A stretch of DNA of 64,000 bases from Octopus sinensis (lineage: Eukaryota). Below are positions 34,616 to 46,778 of the stretch, one piece after another. Within the stretch, counting starts at the first letter, position 1; each line of letters opens with the position of its first letter. The position numbers were made by a program, and so were the translations under genes. The notes under the pieces are model-generated. The model was not told where the DNA came from. It saw nothing but the letters and a program-made list of their open reading frames with translations, and did no database searches. Where the stretch lies: NCBI RefSeq assembly GCF_006345805.1, contig NC_043018.1, positions 9,920,001 through 9,984,000 of the forward strand, written 5' to 3'.

Positions 34616-35904
34616 TTGGGTTATCCCATAAATAATGCAGTTTTTAAATTCCATAAGCTAAAAGTCAGAGGGAGATGGTATAAACTACCTGCATCAACTT
34701 GCTATAAAAGCAGGTAGTAATTTTACCTTGTGCTTATTAAGAATAAGCACAAGTTAATAAGTGCAAGTTTTGAAGAATGCAGTTTGGTTTTAACAGTTAT
34801 TTTTTCAAAGCTATAATGGAAGTGACAAAGGAGCATATTCAGTATATTTTGCTTTATGAGTTCAATAAAGGCAACAACACAACAGAAAGTGCGAGGAATA
34901 TTAATGCAGTATATGGGAATCGGACAATAAGCGTAAGCCAGTGTCAATGGTAGTTTCAGAAATTCCAAGCCAGAAACTACAACCTAGAAGACAAGCCTCA
35001 TCCTAGAAGATCTGTAGCACTTGATGAGGATGTCCTGGAAATTCTGGTGGAACAAATTCCTCCTTGTAACTGTTGAGGAACTAGCAGAGAAGTTTGGATA
35101 TGGTCGTTCAATCATTCATCGACACCTGCATGCCATCAGACAGGTCAGCAAATTCGGTCAATGGGTTCCTCACAAACTTTCCAAGTCTAATCGCACACAG
35201 AGAGTGAATGTGTGATCTTCTTCACTGTTACATCTCACGAATGAACCATTTTTGGACTGAATAGTGACTGGGGATGAGAAATGGGTTCTCTATAAAAATG
35301 TCAAGTGTTGAGGACAGTGGGTAGGGAAAGGAGAAATACTGGCACCCCAGGCTAAACAAGGTCTTCAACCATGTAAGGAGTTGTTATCTGTTTGGCGGGA
35401 TATGAAAGGTTTAGTCCACTTTGAACTTTTAAACCCAAACCAAAGGATAACTGTGAGTAGCTTGAATGGCTAAAGTCAGTGCTAGAATGAAAACGACCAT
35501 CTTTGGTTTCAAGACGAAAGGTGTTCTTCCATCAGAATAATGGTCAGCCACATACAGCAAGGATGACATTCCAAAGGCTGGAGCAGTTTGAATGGGAAAT
35601 GATGCCCCATTCACCATATTTGCTGGACATTGTCCCATCTAATTATCATTTATTCTGCAGTCTTCAAAATCATTTAGATGGAAAAAATAGGAATTCTGTA
35701 GACGAGGTCAGAACAGTAATGGAGGAGTATTTTTTGTCACGGACAAGAGAATTTTGGAAAAGGGGCCTTGCAATTCTACCAGATAGATGGAAGAGCATTG
35801 TAGAAAATGAAGGAGAGTATATTTTAGATTAAAAATGAACTTATCTTAATTTGGAAACATATAAGAAGTATAAAAAATCTGCATTATTTATGGGGATCAC
35901 CCAA
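34616..35904 (+). mobile_element. Near full-length mariner transposon (1289 bp), inactivated; transposase pseudo-ORF 34816-35832
   Basis: TA-flanked TIRs TTGGGTTATCCCATAAATAATGCAG / CTGCATTATTTATGGGGATCACCCAA; motifs GQWVPHKL, IVTGDEKW, HQNNGQPH, HSPYLLDIVPSNYHLF; stops and frameshifts. Confidence 0.95.
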
Positions 35905-35905
35905 T

Positions 35906-36070
35906 ATGAGCTTCTTTCAGTTTCTGTCTACCAAATCCACTCACATGGTTTTGGTCAGCCCAAGGCTAAAGTAGAAAACACTTGCCCAAGGTGCCATGCA
36001 GTGGGGTTGAACCTGGAACCATGTGGTTGGGAAGCAAGCTTCTTTCCACACAGCCATGCTTGTGCCTATA
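35906..36070 (-). mobile_element. Family B SINE 5' half
   Basis: CTTCTTTCAGTTTCTGTCTACCAAATCC...CACAGCCATG. Confidence 0.85.
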
Positions 36071-36213
36071 TTTTATCAATGCTTTCCTACATTCTGGAAA
36101 GATAAAAGGAAGAAAAAAATTGATGCTTTTGAGATTTGGACGAAGAGCAGGAAAGACACTTAATATGGAATCTTACATGATATTTAACCCTCATTCTACC
36201 CAAGTTAGAAGAG

Positions 36214-36620
36214 TACCACCACCACCACCACCACCACCACCACCACCACCACCATCATACATTTAACACTCAGTCTACTCAGATTTCACCCAAATAAAAC
36301 ATTACCACCACTACCACCATCACCCCAATCACAACCACTACCATCACCAACACCACAGCCACATCCAGCTCCACTACCACCACCAACCCCATCACTACCA
36401 CCACCACCACCACCACCACCACCAATCACCAACACCATCGCCACCACCACTACTACCACCACCACAACTATCACCATGACCACAACAACGACGATGATGA
36501 TAACGACCACCATCACTACCACCACTGCCACAGTGACGACCTCCACCACTGCCACCACCACCACCACCACCACCACCACCACTACCACCACCACCATCAC
36601 CCCCACCAACCTTTCACTCT
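36214..36620. repeat. (ACC/CAT)n tract
   Basis: Direct inspection. Confidence 0.95.
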
Positions 36621-36939
36621 CCTTCAATTCCAGATGCAACTAACATTTATACCAGCCTCCCTCTCAGCCCCTTCACCTAACTCCTACCCCACCCCCGGGG
36701 CTGATGAATATGATGTACCTGTAAATAACTGGTTGCTAATTCAATAGCCAACTTTGTAGGATCTAATCCAGTCCCTGCCCCTCACCCCAACACCGCTCCT
36801 ATATAAAAAGGGACAGGAGGCAATTGTTTATTAAATGTCCCCTAGACTGTGTCTGCCAAGATGCTCCAGGTTGCTGCTACCATGGAAACGTAAACGGAAA
36901 TTCCGGTAAAGGAAACCTGATCTGGAGTAATTAAGATAA

Positions 36940-37131
36940 TGGTAATGAAGTTGGGGGTGGGGGGTGATGATGGGGCGGTGGTGTTGTTGTCGTGTTTGTT
37001 GTTAGTGGTGGTGGTTATGATGATGATGATGATGATGATGGAGATTGTGGTGATAATGGTGGTGGTGGTGGTAGTGATGATGATGTGGGTAGTGTTGGTG
37101 ATGGTTGTGGTTATGGCGATAATGATGACGT

Positions 37132-37172
<41 letters not shown>

Positions 37173-37600
37173 GTGATGACAATAATTATGATGATGGTGG
37201 TGATGGTGGTGATAGTAGTGGTGGTGATAATGATGATGATGATGATGATGATGATGAAGGTGATGATAGTAGTGGTGATGGTGGTGATGATGATGATGAT
37301 GATGATGATGAAGGTGGTGGTGGCAGTGGTGGTGGTGCTGGTGGAGATGGTGATGGAAGTGGCAGGAGGCTGTGACAATGCTGCTGCCGATGATGATGAT
37401 GATGTGATGATGATGATGATGATGATGCTGGTGTCGATGACAACGATGATGATGATGATGATGATTATGATGGTGTACATGATGATGATAATTATGATTG
37501 TAGCGATGGAGAAGGTGGTGGCCACAGTGGTGGTGATGGCCGTAGTGGTGGTGGTGGTGGTGGTGGTGGCGACGGTGATGACGCAGCTCTATTGCAATGA
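36940..37600. repeat. (GAT/GGT)n tract
   Basis: Direct inspection. Confidence 0.95.
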
Positions 37601-37879
37601 TGACGCTGCTAGGAAACCATATTGAAATCACTCAATGTTAACACATCACACTGTACACTCCCTCTTATTGTCACCTCTTCCTGACACTCTCGTCTGAAGT
37701 AGCTACTACTACGACCTCCAACATCACCACCACCACCACTACCACTACAACCACCTGTATGTAATATACTCCAACTGCTACCCTCTATATAAACCTCCTC
37801 CTCACAGCAGTTCTCCGTACATTCCCTTTGTCAATGTAATTTACCTTTCCACTGCAGCAGAACAGTACAGCTGCATCTG

Positions 37880-38040
37880 GAGCAGCAGTAGCAGCTGCAG
37901 CGGCCGCAGTAGTAGTTGTAGTAGTCGTCATCGTAGTAGTAGTAGTAGCAGCAGCAGTTGTAGTAGTAGTAGTAGTAGAAGCAGTAGTTGTTGTAGTGGT
38001 AGTAGTAGTAGTAGTAGTAGTAGTAGCAACAGCAATAGTC

Positions 38041-38072
<32 letters not shown>

Positions 38073-38170
38073 CATAGTAGTAGCAGCAGCAGCAGCAGCA
38101 GTAGCAGTAGTAGTATTAGTAGTAGTAGCATTAGTAGTAGTAGTAGTGGTGGCAGTAGTTGTAGTGGTAG
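37880..38170. repeat. (GTA/GCA)n tract
   Basis: Direct inspection. Confidence 0.95.
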
Positions 38171-38569
38171 TAACAAACCATCAACATGTATATGTTGCAA
38201 TAGGTTCTCAGTACAGCAACAACAGCACAGCATCAACGTCATCACATCTCTACACCAATACTCTCATGACTATTCTTCTTAACTGACCTTAATACTCTCC
38301 TGCCTGTATCCCTAAACAGCCCTTAATACTTCCACTACTCATCCATGGAGCTACATCCACCCTCAAACACTTCTTTTTCTTTTCTAGCAAGTGCCCTCTC
38401 CTTTGCATCAATCTCTCGCACTTGTCCCTTCTCCAAACTGCTCTACACATGCACAATATTCACCTCACACAAGATAACATGATGGCTGCAACATTAAACA
38501 CATGCTGCATGCACACTCTTACATACACACACATGCACACATGCACATGTATGCACATCATTGGCACTT

Positions 38570-38875
38570 GGCCAGTTGGGACGACGAGGGTTCCAGTTGA
38601 TCCGATCAACGGAACAGCCTGCTTGTGAAATTAACGTGCAAGTGGCTGAGCACTCCACAGACACGTGTACCCTTAATGTAGTTCTCGGGAAGATTCAGTG
38701 TAACACAGAGCATGACAAGGTTGGCCCTTTTAAAATACAGATACTACTCATTTTTGCTGGCTGAGTGGACTGAAGCAACGTGAAATAAAGTGTCTTGCCC
38801 AAGAACACATGGTGCCACTGGGTATTGAACTGGTGACCAGGAGCTGAATACCCAAACCACTAAGCCATGCACCTT
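38570..38875 (-). mobile_element. SINE with CORE-like head and family D shared tail
   Basis: GACGAGGGTTCCAGTTGATCCGATCAACGGAACAGCC tail; AAGTGTCTTGCCCAAG domain; CCACTAAGCCATGCAC head end. Confidence 0.85.
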
Positions 38876-38989
38876 CACTTATATGCACATACACACACAT
38901 ACAATTATATTCACACACATACACAGACACTCATCTGCATACACACACAGATGAATGTTGAGTGTGTGTGAGTGGTCATGCATGGAAAG

Positions 38990-40300
38990 GTGTTGCCATA
39001 ACAACCACCTAGCTTCCTGTAACTCTCTTCTGTTGTTGATCTTGGGTTTCTTTTGGTGTATGAGGATGGCCTCAGAGATTCTAAGGTTGACCCCTGTTCC
39101 ACTGTGTTGCCCTGATATGCACTGTGTTTCTTCATGGAGGTGTCTGCCTACATGTGTTCCTTAATGCGTACATGCAGTTTTCTTGTCCTGCTTCCTATGT
39201 AGGATGCACCACATTTGCTGCAGATGATCTCATATATTCAACATAGGTCCTCTGACACAATTCAGGGTCATTGATGGGGCAGTTTGACAATGTGCACATC
39301 TCAGAGTAGTGAGAGGTGTTGTTCTTGGACAGAGTTTTTCTCGAGGAAGGGCCAGTGTGCACTATCTGTATGTCAAGTCCTTCCCTGCGGACTGTGTGTT
39401 GTATTGCTGCAGTAGTTCTATTGTCAAAGTGTGATAGCTTTAGGAAGCACGTGCTGGACTTGGGAGTATGATGGTTCGTCCGGGGTTTATTGGCCTTGAT
39501 GTTCTTTAGGTGCCGTTGTTTAGCTAAAGATGGTGGGTAGCTATTCAGGGTTAGGTCTGTGAGGAACTGTTTCATGTTGATGGCTTTGTCAGTCATGTTG
39601 CTGCTATTGTTGTGTATACCTGCAATCTCGTTTCTCACATATGCAGCTTTGGCTCTGGTGGGTAAAGCCGATTGGATGAAAAGTTTTCTATTAGTGCCTT
39701 TTCTGTAGAATTTGGTAAATATAGAGTCTTCCTCTGTGATCTTGAGTTGAAAGTCTAGTAGAGAGAAGGTTCCGGATTTGTCTGGATGTTCAATCTCAAA
39801 TTTGATGTTTATGTTGGTGTTATTGAAGGTCCAGTGTATGTTAATGGCCTCATCCGTAGAGGACGTGATGATAAGGATGTCATCAGCGTACCTGGAGAAG
39901 ATGCATGAGTGGCAGGTATTGAGTGCTATGTGTTCTAGCTTATCCATGCATGTGATGGCGAGCAAGCCTGAAAGGCTAGATCCCATAGGTAGGATGGAAG
40001 TCTGTTTGTAAATCACGCTGTTATATTGGAAGTAGGTGTTACCAACTATAATGGTTAGTAACTCTCGTATGTCCGAGGGTGTGAGGCTGAAGAGCTGGAG
40101 GTTGATGGATGGGGAGGTGAGAGAAGATGAAGTGGAAGATGGGGAGGAGGAGGTTGCAGGGGATGGAGGGAGGGAGTGATGATGAGGGAGGTAGGGCAAG
40201 GAGAAGTGGGGGAGATAAGGACGTGATGTGGTCTATGAGGATATCAACGGCCACATTTATATATACGTTTTGCAAGATTTTTGATGTGAATTCGTGTGTT
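38990..40300 (-). pseudogene. Penelope-like retroelement: RT plus GIY-YIG endonuclease, frameshifted
   Basis: ORF 39195-40199: YKQTSILPMGSSLSGLLA, FSRYADDILII, FSLLDF, FYRK; after a frameshift IYEIICSKCGASYIGSRTRKLHVRIKEH and EAILIHQKKPKINNRREL. Confidence 0.93.
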
Positions 40301-40416
40301 GAAACAGATGTTATTGTATTTGGGGATGGTCATGGTGCCAGTTTAGCCAATGAAAACCCATTCACTATATATTTGGTGTTCACTTGCTTCAGCTTTATTT
40401 TATATTAATTGTATTT

Positions 40417-40462
40417 TGGCCAGAGTTCTTTCATCACACTTCTGTGGCCTCATCAGTGGTCC
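40417..40462 (-). ncRNA. Type I hammerhead ribozyme motif upstream of the Penelope ORF, degenerate helix II
   Basis: GGACCA-CTGATGA-GGCCACAGAAGTGTGAT-GAAA-GAACT-C-TGGCC; intact CUGAUGA and GAAA, CUC triplet, helix I pairs. Confidence 0.65.
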
Positions 40463-40814
40463 TTTGCTTTCTTCTTTCTTTTTTGAGTCTCTCCTTACTA
40501 ACGATCTGACATTTTGTATAGAAAGTAATATAAAATTATATATAACTCCAAGAAAGTTAGAGGTTGTGAATCCAACCAACTAAGGGATAATATCTATCCA
40601 GTATACTGCTGGTAGAATACCCAATTGTTAATACACAAGTGTTTTTTATTGCATTGCAATTACATTACCGAGTGTACTAAATGGGTGAAGGTAAAGAGAT
40701 ATTTTACTATTAATTTATAGAGCATATAATACATACTTATAGTTTGTATCATTACAATTATAAATATAATTATAACAATAATACACAGACTAATTATATT
40801 TATATATAGCAACA

Positions 40815-41015
40815 TGCGAGAGCGCTGTGCCATAAGAGGCACCTATGCCGGTGCCATGTAAAAGTATCTGGCACACTTTGTAAAGTGGTTGGTGTTAGGA
40901 AGGGCATTCGGCCACAGAAAAATGGAGCCTAGGGCAGCTCTCCAGCTGACCATCTCCTGTCAAGCCAGCCATCCCATGCCAGCGTAGAAAACTGATGATG
41001 ATGATGATGATGATG
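40815..41015 (+). mobile_element. Family C (RTE tail) copy
   Basis: GTAAAGTGGTTGGTGTTAGGAAGGGCAT...CCCATGCCAGCGTAGAAAACTGATGATG. Confidence 0.8.
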
Positions 41016-41039
41016 TTATATAGTATGATTATCATGTGA

Positions 41040-41285
41040 TCACATGACCGACCAGGCTATCAGATGTTGTTACACATCGCTGGTCACAATGCGCTTTTGA
41101 ATTGTCTATGCCTTCAAATGATGTCACCCTGTTGGCTGGGTGGGCAGGTCAACGTTCCCTCTGATCAAAAGGGAAATGAAGTGTTTTGCTCAAGAACACA
41201 ACACACCACCCAATCAGGGAATTGAACCCATGATCTAGGGATTGTGAATGCAACAACCTAACCACCAGGCCACATGCCTTCATTT
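41040..41285 (-). mobile_element. SINE with CORE-like head and GACCAGGCTATCAGATG tail
   Basis: Tail homologous to 50895-50990; AGTGTTTTGCTCAAGAACAC domain. Confidence 0.75.
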
Positions 41286-41322
41286 TCTAATTATATACAT
41301 TATTCAATTATATACATACTTA

Positions 41323-41406
<84 letters not shown>

Positions 41407-41424
41407 CATATGTATAGTCTTTTC

Positions 41425-41640
41425 CTTTCTTTCTTTTACTTGCTTCAGTCATTTGACTGCGACCATGCTGGAGCACTGCCTTGAAGGGTCAAACAAATGG
41501 ACCCCAGGACTTCATTCTTAAGCCCAGTACTTATTTTATCAGTGACTTTTGCTGAACTGCCAAGTCATGGGGACATAAACACACCAACACTGGTTGTCAA
41601 GTGGTGATGGGGGACAAACACAGCCACAAAGGCACACACA
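41425..41640 (-). mobile_element. Family B SINE 3' half
   Basis: TTCAGTCATTTGACTGCGACCATGCTGGAGCAC... Confidence 0.85.
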
Positions 41641-42046
41641 TAGATATATACATACATACATACATACATACATACATACATACATACATACATACATACT
41701 TACATACACATAAATACATACATACATATACACATAAATACATACGTACACATACACATAAATACATACATACACACATACATACATAATACATACATAC
41801 ATACATACATACATACATACATACATTACATACATACATACATACATACACACATACATACATACATACATACATACATACATACACACATACATACATA
41901 CATACATACATACATACATACATACATGCATGCATACATACATACATACATACATACATACATACATACATACATACACACATACATACATACATACATA
42001 CATACATACATACATACATGCATGCATACATACATACATACATACA

Positions 42047-42078
<32 letters not shown>

Positions 42079-42120
42079 CACATAAATACATACATACATA
42101 CATACATACACACATACATG
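41640..42120. repeat. (TACA)n tract
   Basis: Direct inspection. Confidence 0.97.
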
Positions 42121-42284
42121 GGGTGATGAATAAATTGTCATCTAAATTACACAAAAATGAAAATAATACTGAATCTCATTTTAACTGATATATTTACCAA
42201 AATTACATAAAAACATCCTGAAATACCAAAGAGTAAATCTATTCATTAAAATTGCAAATTGGCTTTAACCACATCATCATTACT

Positions 42285-42776
42285 AGTAATGATGACGCTA
42301 TTCCTCCATTCATCTTACCACATGGCCTCTGACTCAACACAAAGGCATACATCAAGTGCCCGGAGGAGGTAGTGCTGCCCTGGGTCAAGAGGGTGGCTGC
42401 TGGAAGACCCTATGCCTGGCAACAGGACTCTGTACCATGCCACACTATGAGAAGTCAGTCATGGCTGTCAGACAATTTCTGTGACCACATCACCCCTAAC
42501 CTTTTGGCCACCTAACTCCCCTGACTGCAACCCCCTTTATTATGTTTGGGCACAGTTGAGTGAGAGATCAACAAAACTCCTTGTAACACCAAAGAGGAAC
42601 TGAAGGCAAGGATTATGGTAGCATTCACCAACTTAAACAAGGAGACTGTCCAAATTTACTCTTTAGTATTTCAAGATGTTTTTATGTAATTTTGGTAAAT
42701 ATATCTGTTAAAATGAGATAACAGTGTTATTTTCATTTTTGTGTAATTTAGATGACAATTTATTCACAGCACCTTG
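42285..42776 (+). mobile_element. maT (DD37D) 3' fragment, same family as 30664-31522
   Basis: YIKCPEEVVLPWVKRVAAGRPYAWQQDSVPCH...WPPNSPDCNP; 3' end and TIR shared with 31430-31522. Confidence 0.9.
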
Positions 42777-42778
42777 GA

Positions 42779-42841
<63 letters not shown>

Positions 42842-42953
42842 GTAAATATAATATGTGACAATTATTCAATAGCCAAGATAAAACTCTGAGTTTTGGATGC
42901 CGAAGTGGAAATCCACAACACCATCTCTTCGGTTATCTGGCCATCTGAAAAAC

Positions 42954-43022
<69 letters not shown>

Positions 43023-43069
43023 CAATGATAAATCTCAGAGCGAGTTATAAACAGTAGCGGTAACACATT

Positions 43070-43308
43070 GTGATGCATATGTGCCATTTGAATATGGCTA
43101 ACCCATAAGAGTGGATGCTACTGTAGTTTGTAGCTCCAGGAAGATATCTCCTCCAGCTGGCTATAGACACACTATCCTGTCACAAATACTGACAGGACAC
43201 AGATAGTGTGTCTATAGCCAGCTGGAGGAGATATCTTCCTGGGGCTACAAACTACAGTAGCATCCACCCTTATGGGTTAGCCATATTCAAATGGCATATA
43301 TGCATCAC
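43070..43308. other. Near-perfect fold-back inverted repeat, 107-bp arms
   Basis: 43070-43176 vs 43202-43308: 3 mismatches, no gaps; the 25-nt centre contains a 6-bp inner hairpin. Confidence 0.97.
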
Positions 43309-43334
43309 GATATATATATATATACATACACATA

Positions 43335-43760
43335 TGCTCAAAATGAGGAGCAGATAGACAGCCGATAACTGGTGAAGGGTCTTCTCTCCGTATTTTCTCT
43401 TGTTCACGTATTTCACTCATTTTCCCCTCATTTGTTTACATATTTCATGTTATTTGCACTGCTGGTGACGTCCTGTACCCATATATGCATGTAAATACAA
43501 GATTTTCCATTCTCTCCCTGTTTATTTCCTCGTGTTACTTTCCGTTGAAGAGCGTAGGCTCGAAATGTAAAAGGCTTTCTCACCTTCCTGAGCATCGAAC
43601 TAATACACCTGCTTGTTGTTTATACACCTGTCTTCATCTTTTGTTTTTCTGTAAATTTCAACTATATATATATATATTCCATGCTTTTTTCTATGTTCTT
43701 GTTTCTCATTTGGTTCACGTTTTTTTGATGTCCTGTACCCATATATGCATGTATATACAT
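43335..43760 (+). mobile_element. Penelope-type terminal repeat(s) with hammerhead motif at 43538-43573
   Basis: Homologous to 1-85 (opposite strand) and 43990-44330 (inverted); GATGTCCTGTACCCATATATGCATG occurs twice. Confidence 0.65.
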
Positions 43761-43793
43761 ATATATATGTAAGCATGCACATGTATGTATATA

Positions 43794-43846
<53 letters not shown>

Positions 43847-43989
43847 CTTATATTATTATATGATCGAACGCCACGCATCCACTTCCAAGTAAGTTTTATC
43901 ACTCTCCCTCTCTCTCTCCCTCCCTCTCTCTCTATCTGTATATATGTATATATATATATATATAAGGAGATAAATAAAAATATATGCAT

Positions 43990-44324
43990 ACATACAAACA
44001 TATATGTACGTACCTACATCTACATGTATATATACATGCATATATAAATAATTATACGGAAGTACAGGACATCACAATAAGACGTAGAAACAGAAAAAGC
44101 CAAAAAAAACAAAAAACAAAGAAAACGGAAAACGAAACAAATACAGGACAGGTTACACAAGGACAAAACCCCGTCATCAGCTGTCGCTAGAGGAGTCAGG
44201 CATGTTTCGAAGGCATAACAGATATATATATATATATATATATAACGGAAGCTTTATGAAAATAAACAACAGATGAAGGCAGGTGGAGTACAAACAAACA
44301 ATTGTATTAGTATGGCGCTCAGGA

Positions 44325-44330
<6 letters not shown>
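43990..44330 (-). mobile_element. Inverted partner copy of the same Penelope-type terminal repeat
   Basis: Minus strand reads TTCCTGAGCGCCATACTAATAC...CACCTGCCTTCATC...TGTGATGTCCTGTAC, matching 43585-43745. Confidence 0.65.
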
Positions 44331-44378
<48 letters not shown>

Positions 44379-44401
44379 ATATATGTATATATGTATGTAT
44401 G

Positions 44402-44440
<39 letters not shown>

Positions 44441-44525
44441 ACACATAAGTAAGCACATTAATGCAAAACAAAGTAGAAAAAAATAGTACTTGAATACCAA
44501 ATGTAGAGCAATGTACTTTTATTAA

Positions 44526-44740
44526 CCCCTTAGCATTTGAACTGGCCCTGCCAAAATATTCTGCCTGTTTCATCTTCAGATCAAAGAGATCTGGCCTCTC
44601 ACACCTACCCTACAATGCTATTTTAAAAATAAACAACCACATAATTGAAATCTCAATGCTATGAGATAATACATGATTAATTCAAAACATTGGGAATAAA
44701 CAAGGATTACATTTGACAGAGTAATCATAATGCTCAAGGG
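44526..44740. mobile_element. piggyBac-type MITE (215 bp)
   Basis: TTAA|CCCCTTAGCATT ... AATGCTCAAGGG|TTAA. Confidence 0.85.
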
Positions 44741-44929
44741 TTAAAGCTCCAAAATGATCACAAAACTGTTACTCAGAGTTTCATGCTCTTATTTGTCGGA
44801 GAGTCGTGATGAAAACTGAATTCCAAGTTAAGGAGCTTGTTTTGCAATCATGTGATTTTGAGTTCAATTCCCCTGCACAGCATCCTGGGCAAGAGTCTTC
44901 TTTTGTGATAGCACAACGTTAATGATAAT

Positions 44930-45365
44930 GGCTTCTAATTTTGGCCCAGGAGCAGCAGTTTTTCAGGAACAGGTGAAAGCAATTGCATTGACCTCTCAGC
45001 GCTTGACTGGTTCATGGTGTATCCCTGGAAGAATGATTGGCAAAGTCAACTTTGGTGGAATTTGAACTCAGAACATAAAGACAGATGAAAATGCCGCTTA
45101 GCATTTCATCTGGTGTGCTAACAATTCTGCCAGCTTGCCCCCTTGACCACCTACATAATGGCTTCAAATTTTGGCACAAGGTCAGCAACTTTTTTTGCAG
45201 GGAACCGATGACCTCAATGTTCAACTGGTATTTATTTTATTGACCTCCAAAAAGATGAAAGGCAAAGTCAACCTTGGTGGAATTTGAACTTAGACCATAG
45301 ACAGACAAAATGCTTAGCAGCATTTTGTCTGCTGTGCTAATGATACTGCCAGCTTGCCTCCTTGA
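44930..45365 (-). mobile_element. Two family A SINEs in tandem
   Basis: Two bodies, each ending CTGCCAGCTTGCC. Confidence 0.85.
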
Positions 45366-45759
45366 CCAGCTACATAATGAAACCAAAAGCATATTGAGTC
45401 TCCAGAGGTAATACCACATTGGTATTATGAGATTAGTTTCAGTTTTCTATGCCCCGAGTTCAAATCCCAGCCAGGGCAAATTCATTTAAAATCTTTTTAA
45501 GAAGTAAAATACAAGCAGAATAACTGGGGTTGCTTCTACTTTTTTCTCTTAGAAAGAAATGTGCTGTCGTGTCAAACAGTGGATTTGAACATGGAATCTC
45601 ATGATTCAGAAGCAAAACACCTTACCCATTTGGTCACGCTTGCAGTTATTTTTTCTCCCTCCCTCTTTATGTGTCTGTAGCTTGCACTAGGTTTACCATA
45701 TGGAACTTCTACCAACACCTTTTCTACATATCAAGCAGGGCCATCACCCTGAAGGGATG

Positions 45760-46540
45760 AGTGATTTGTTTGTATTCTTACTTATTAAGACTTTGGCCTT
45801 TGCTAAATTGACCCTTTGATTCTAGACCTTGTTTCCACAACTGAAATTTCTTCTCTAGTTCTGGTAATGATCCAACTATGAGAACAAAGTCATCAGTATA
45901 GAGGAGCGACAGTCTTAACATTCCTCTGTTATAGCCTGGGGGACTATGATAAACACGAGGAGACTGAGAACTGATCCTTGGTGAACTCCTACCTGTATAC
46001 TAAATTCCTCGCTATATTCATTGCCGACTTCCACTTTACAGATAGTATCCTTGTACATGACTTGTACAACTTTCACCAATCACTCAATCAATTTCAAGTT
46101 TCTGAATTGACCACCAGATAAGGAAATGTGAATCTTGTCAAAGATTTTCTACAAGTGAACATAAGCTAAAAACAGAGGTTTATTCTTGGTTAAATGCTTC
46201 TCTTGCAGCTGCCTTACCAGGAAGATGGCATCAGTGGTGCTTTTCCCTGGCACATAATCAAATTGCATCTCATCCTGGCTAACTCTCTTTCTAATTAGTT
46301 AAGCTATAATCTTCGCTGCAACTTTCATCACCTGGTCCAACAATTTGATACCTCTGTAATTATTTCTGTCTAAGTTGTCACCTTTACCTCTGTAACAGTT
46401 GATGAACTATCCAGGTGATTAGGCCATACCCTACTCCACCAGATATTCTGAGCATCTCAGTGGTGATTCCTGATGGGCCAAGGGTTTTCCCTCTCTTCAT
46501 ATCCTAATTGCTTTATCTACTGAGCTACTGACGATTCAGA
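45760..46540 (-). pseudogene. RTE-clade LINE reverse-transcriptase fragment
   Basis: KGDNLDRNNYRGIKLLDQVMKV, EMQFDYVPGKSTTDAIFLVRQLQEKHL, LLYTDDFVLI. Confidence 0.9.
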
Positions 46541-46605
46541 TACCCAGCCCCTCTGTTGGGCCCACATAATATATATATAATATGTATGTCCATAATATAC
46601 ATGAA

Positions 46606-46636
<31 letters not shown>

Positions 46637-46739
46637 CGGAGTAAACACATAAATGTGAAACAAGGTGGAAAAAAGATTACTCAAATACCAGTGGTAGAGT
46701 AATATGCTTTATTTAAAGCAGCAGAAAATTCAACAACAC

Positions 46740-46742
46740 CTG

Positions 46743-46778
<36 letters not shown>

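Noticed and set aside
36842-38286. Long poly-Met/Ile/His/Asp/Val/Thr ORFs, including QNSTAASGAAVAAAAAA after a good acceptor at about 37858
   Set aside because: Trinucleotide microsatellite read-through; no credible donor site.
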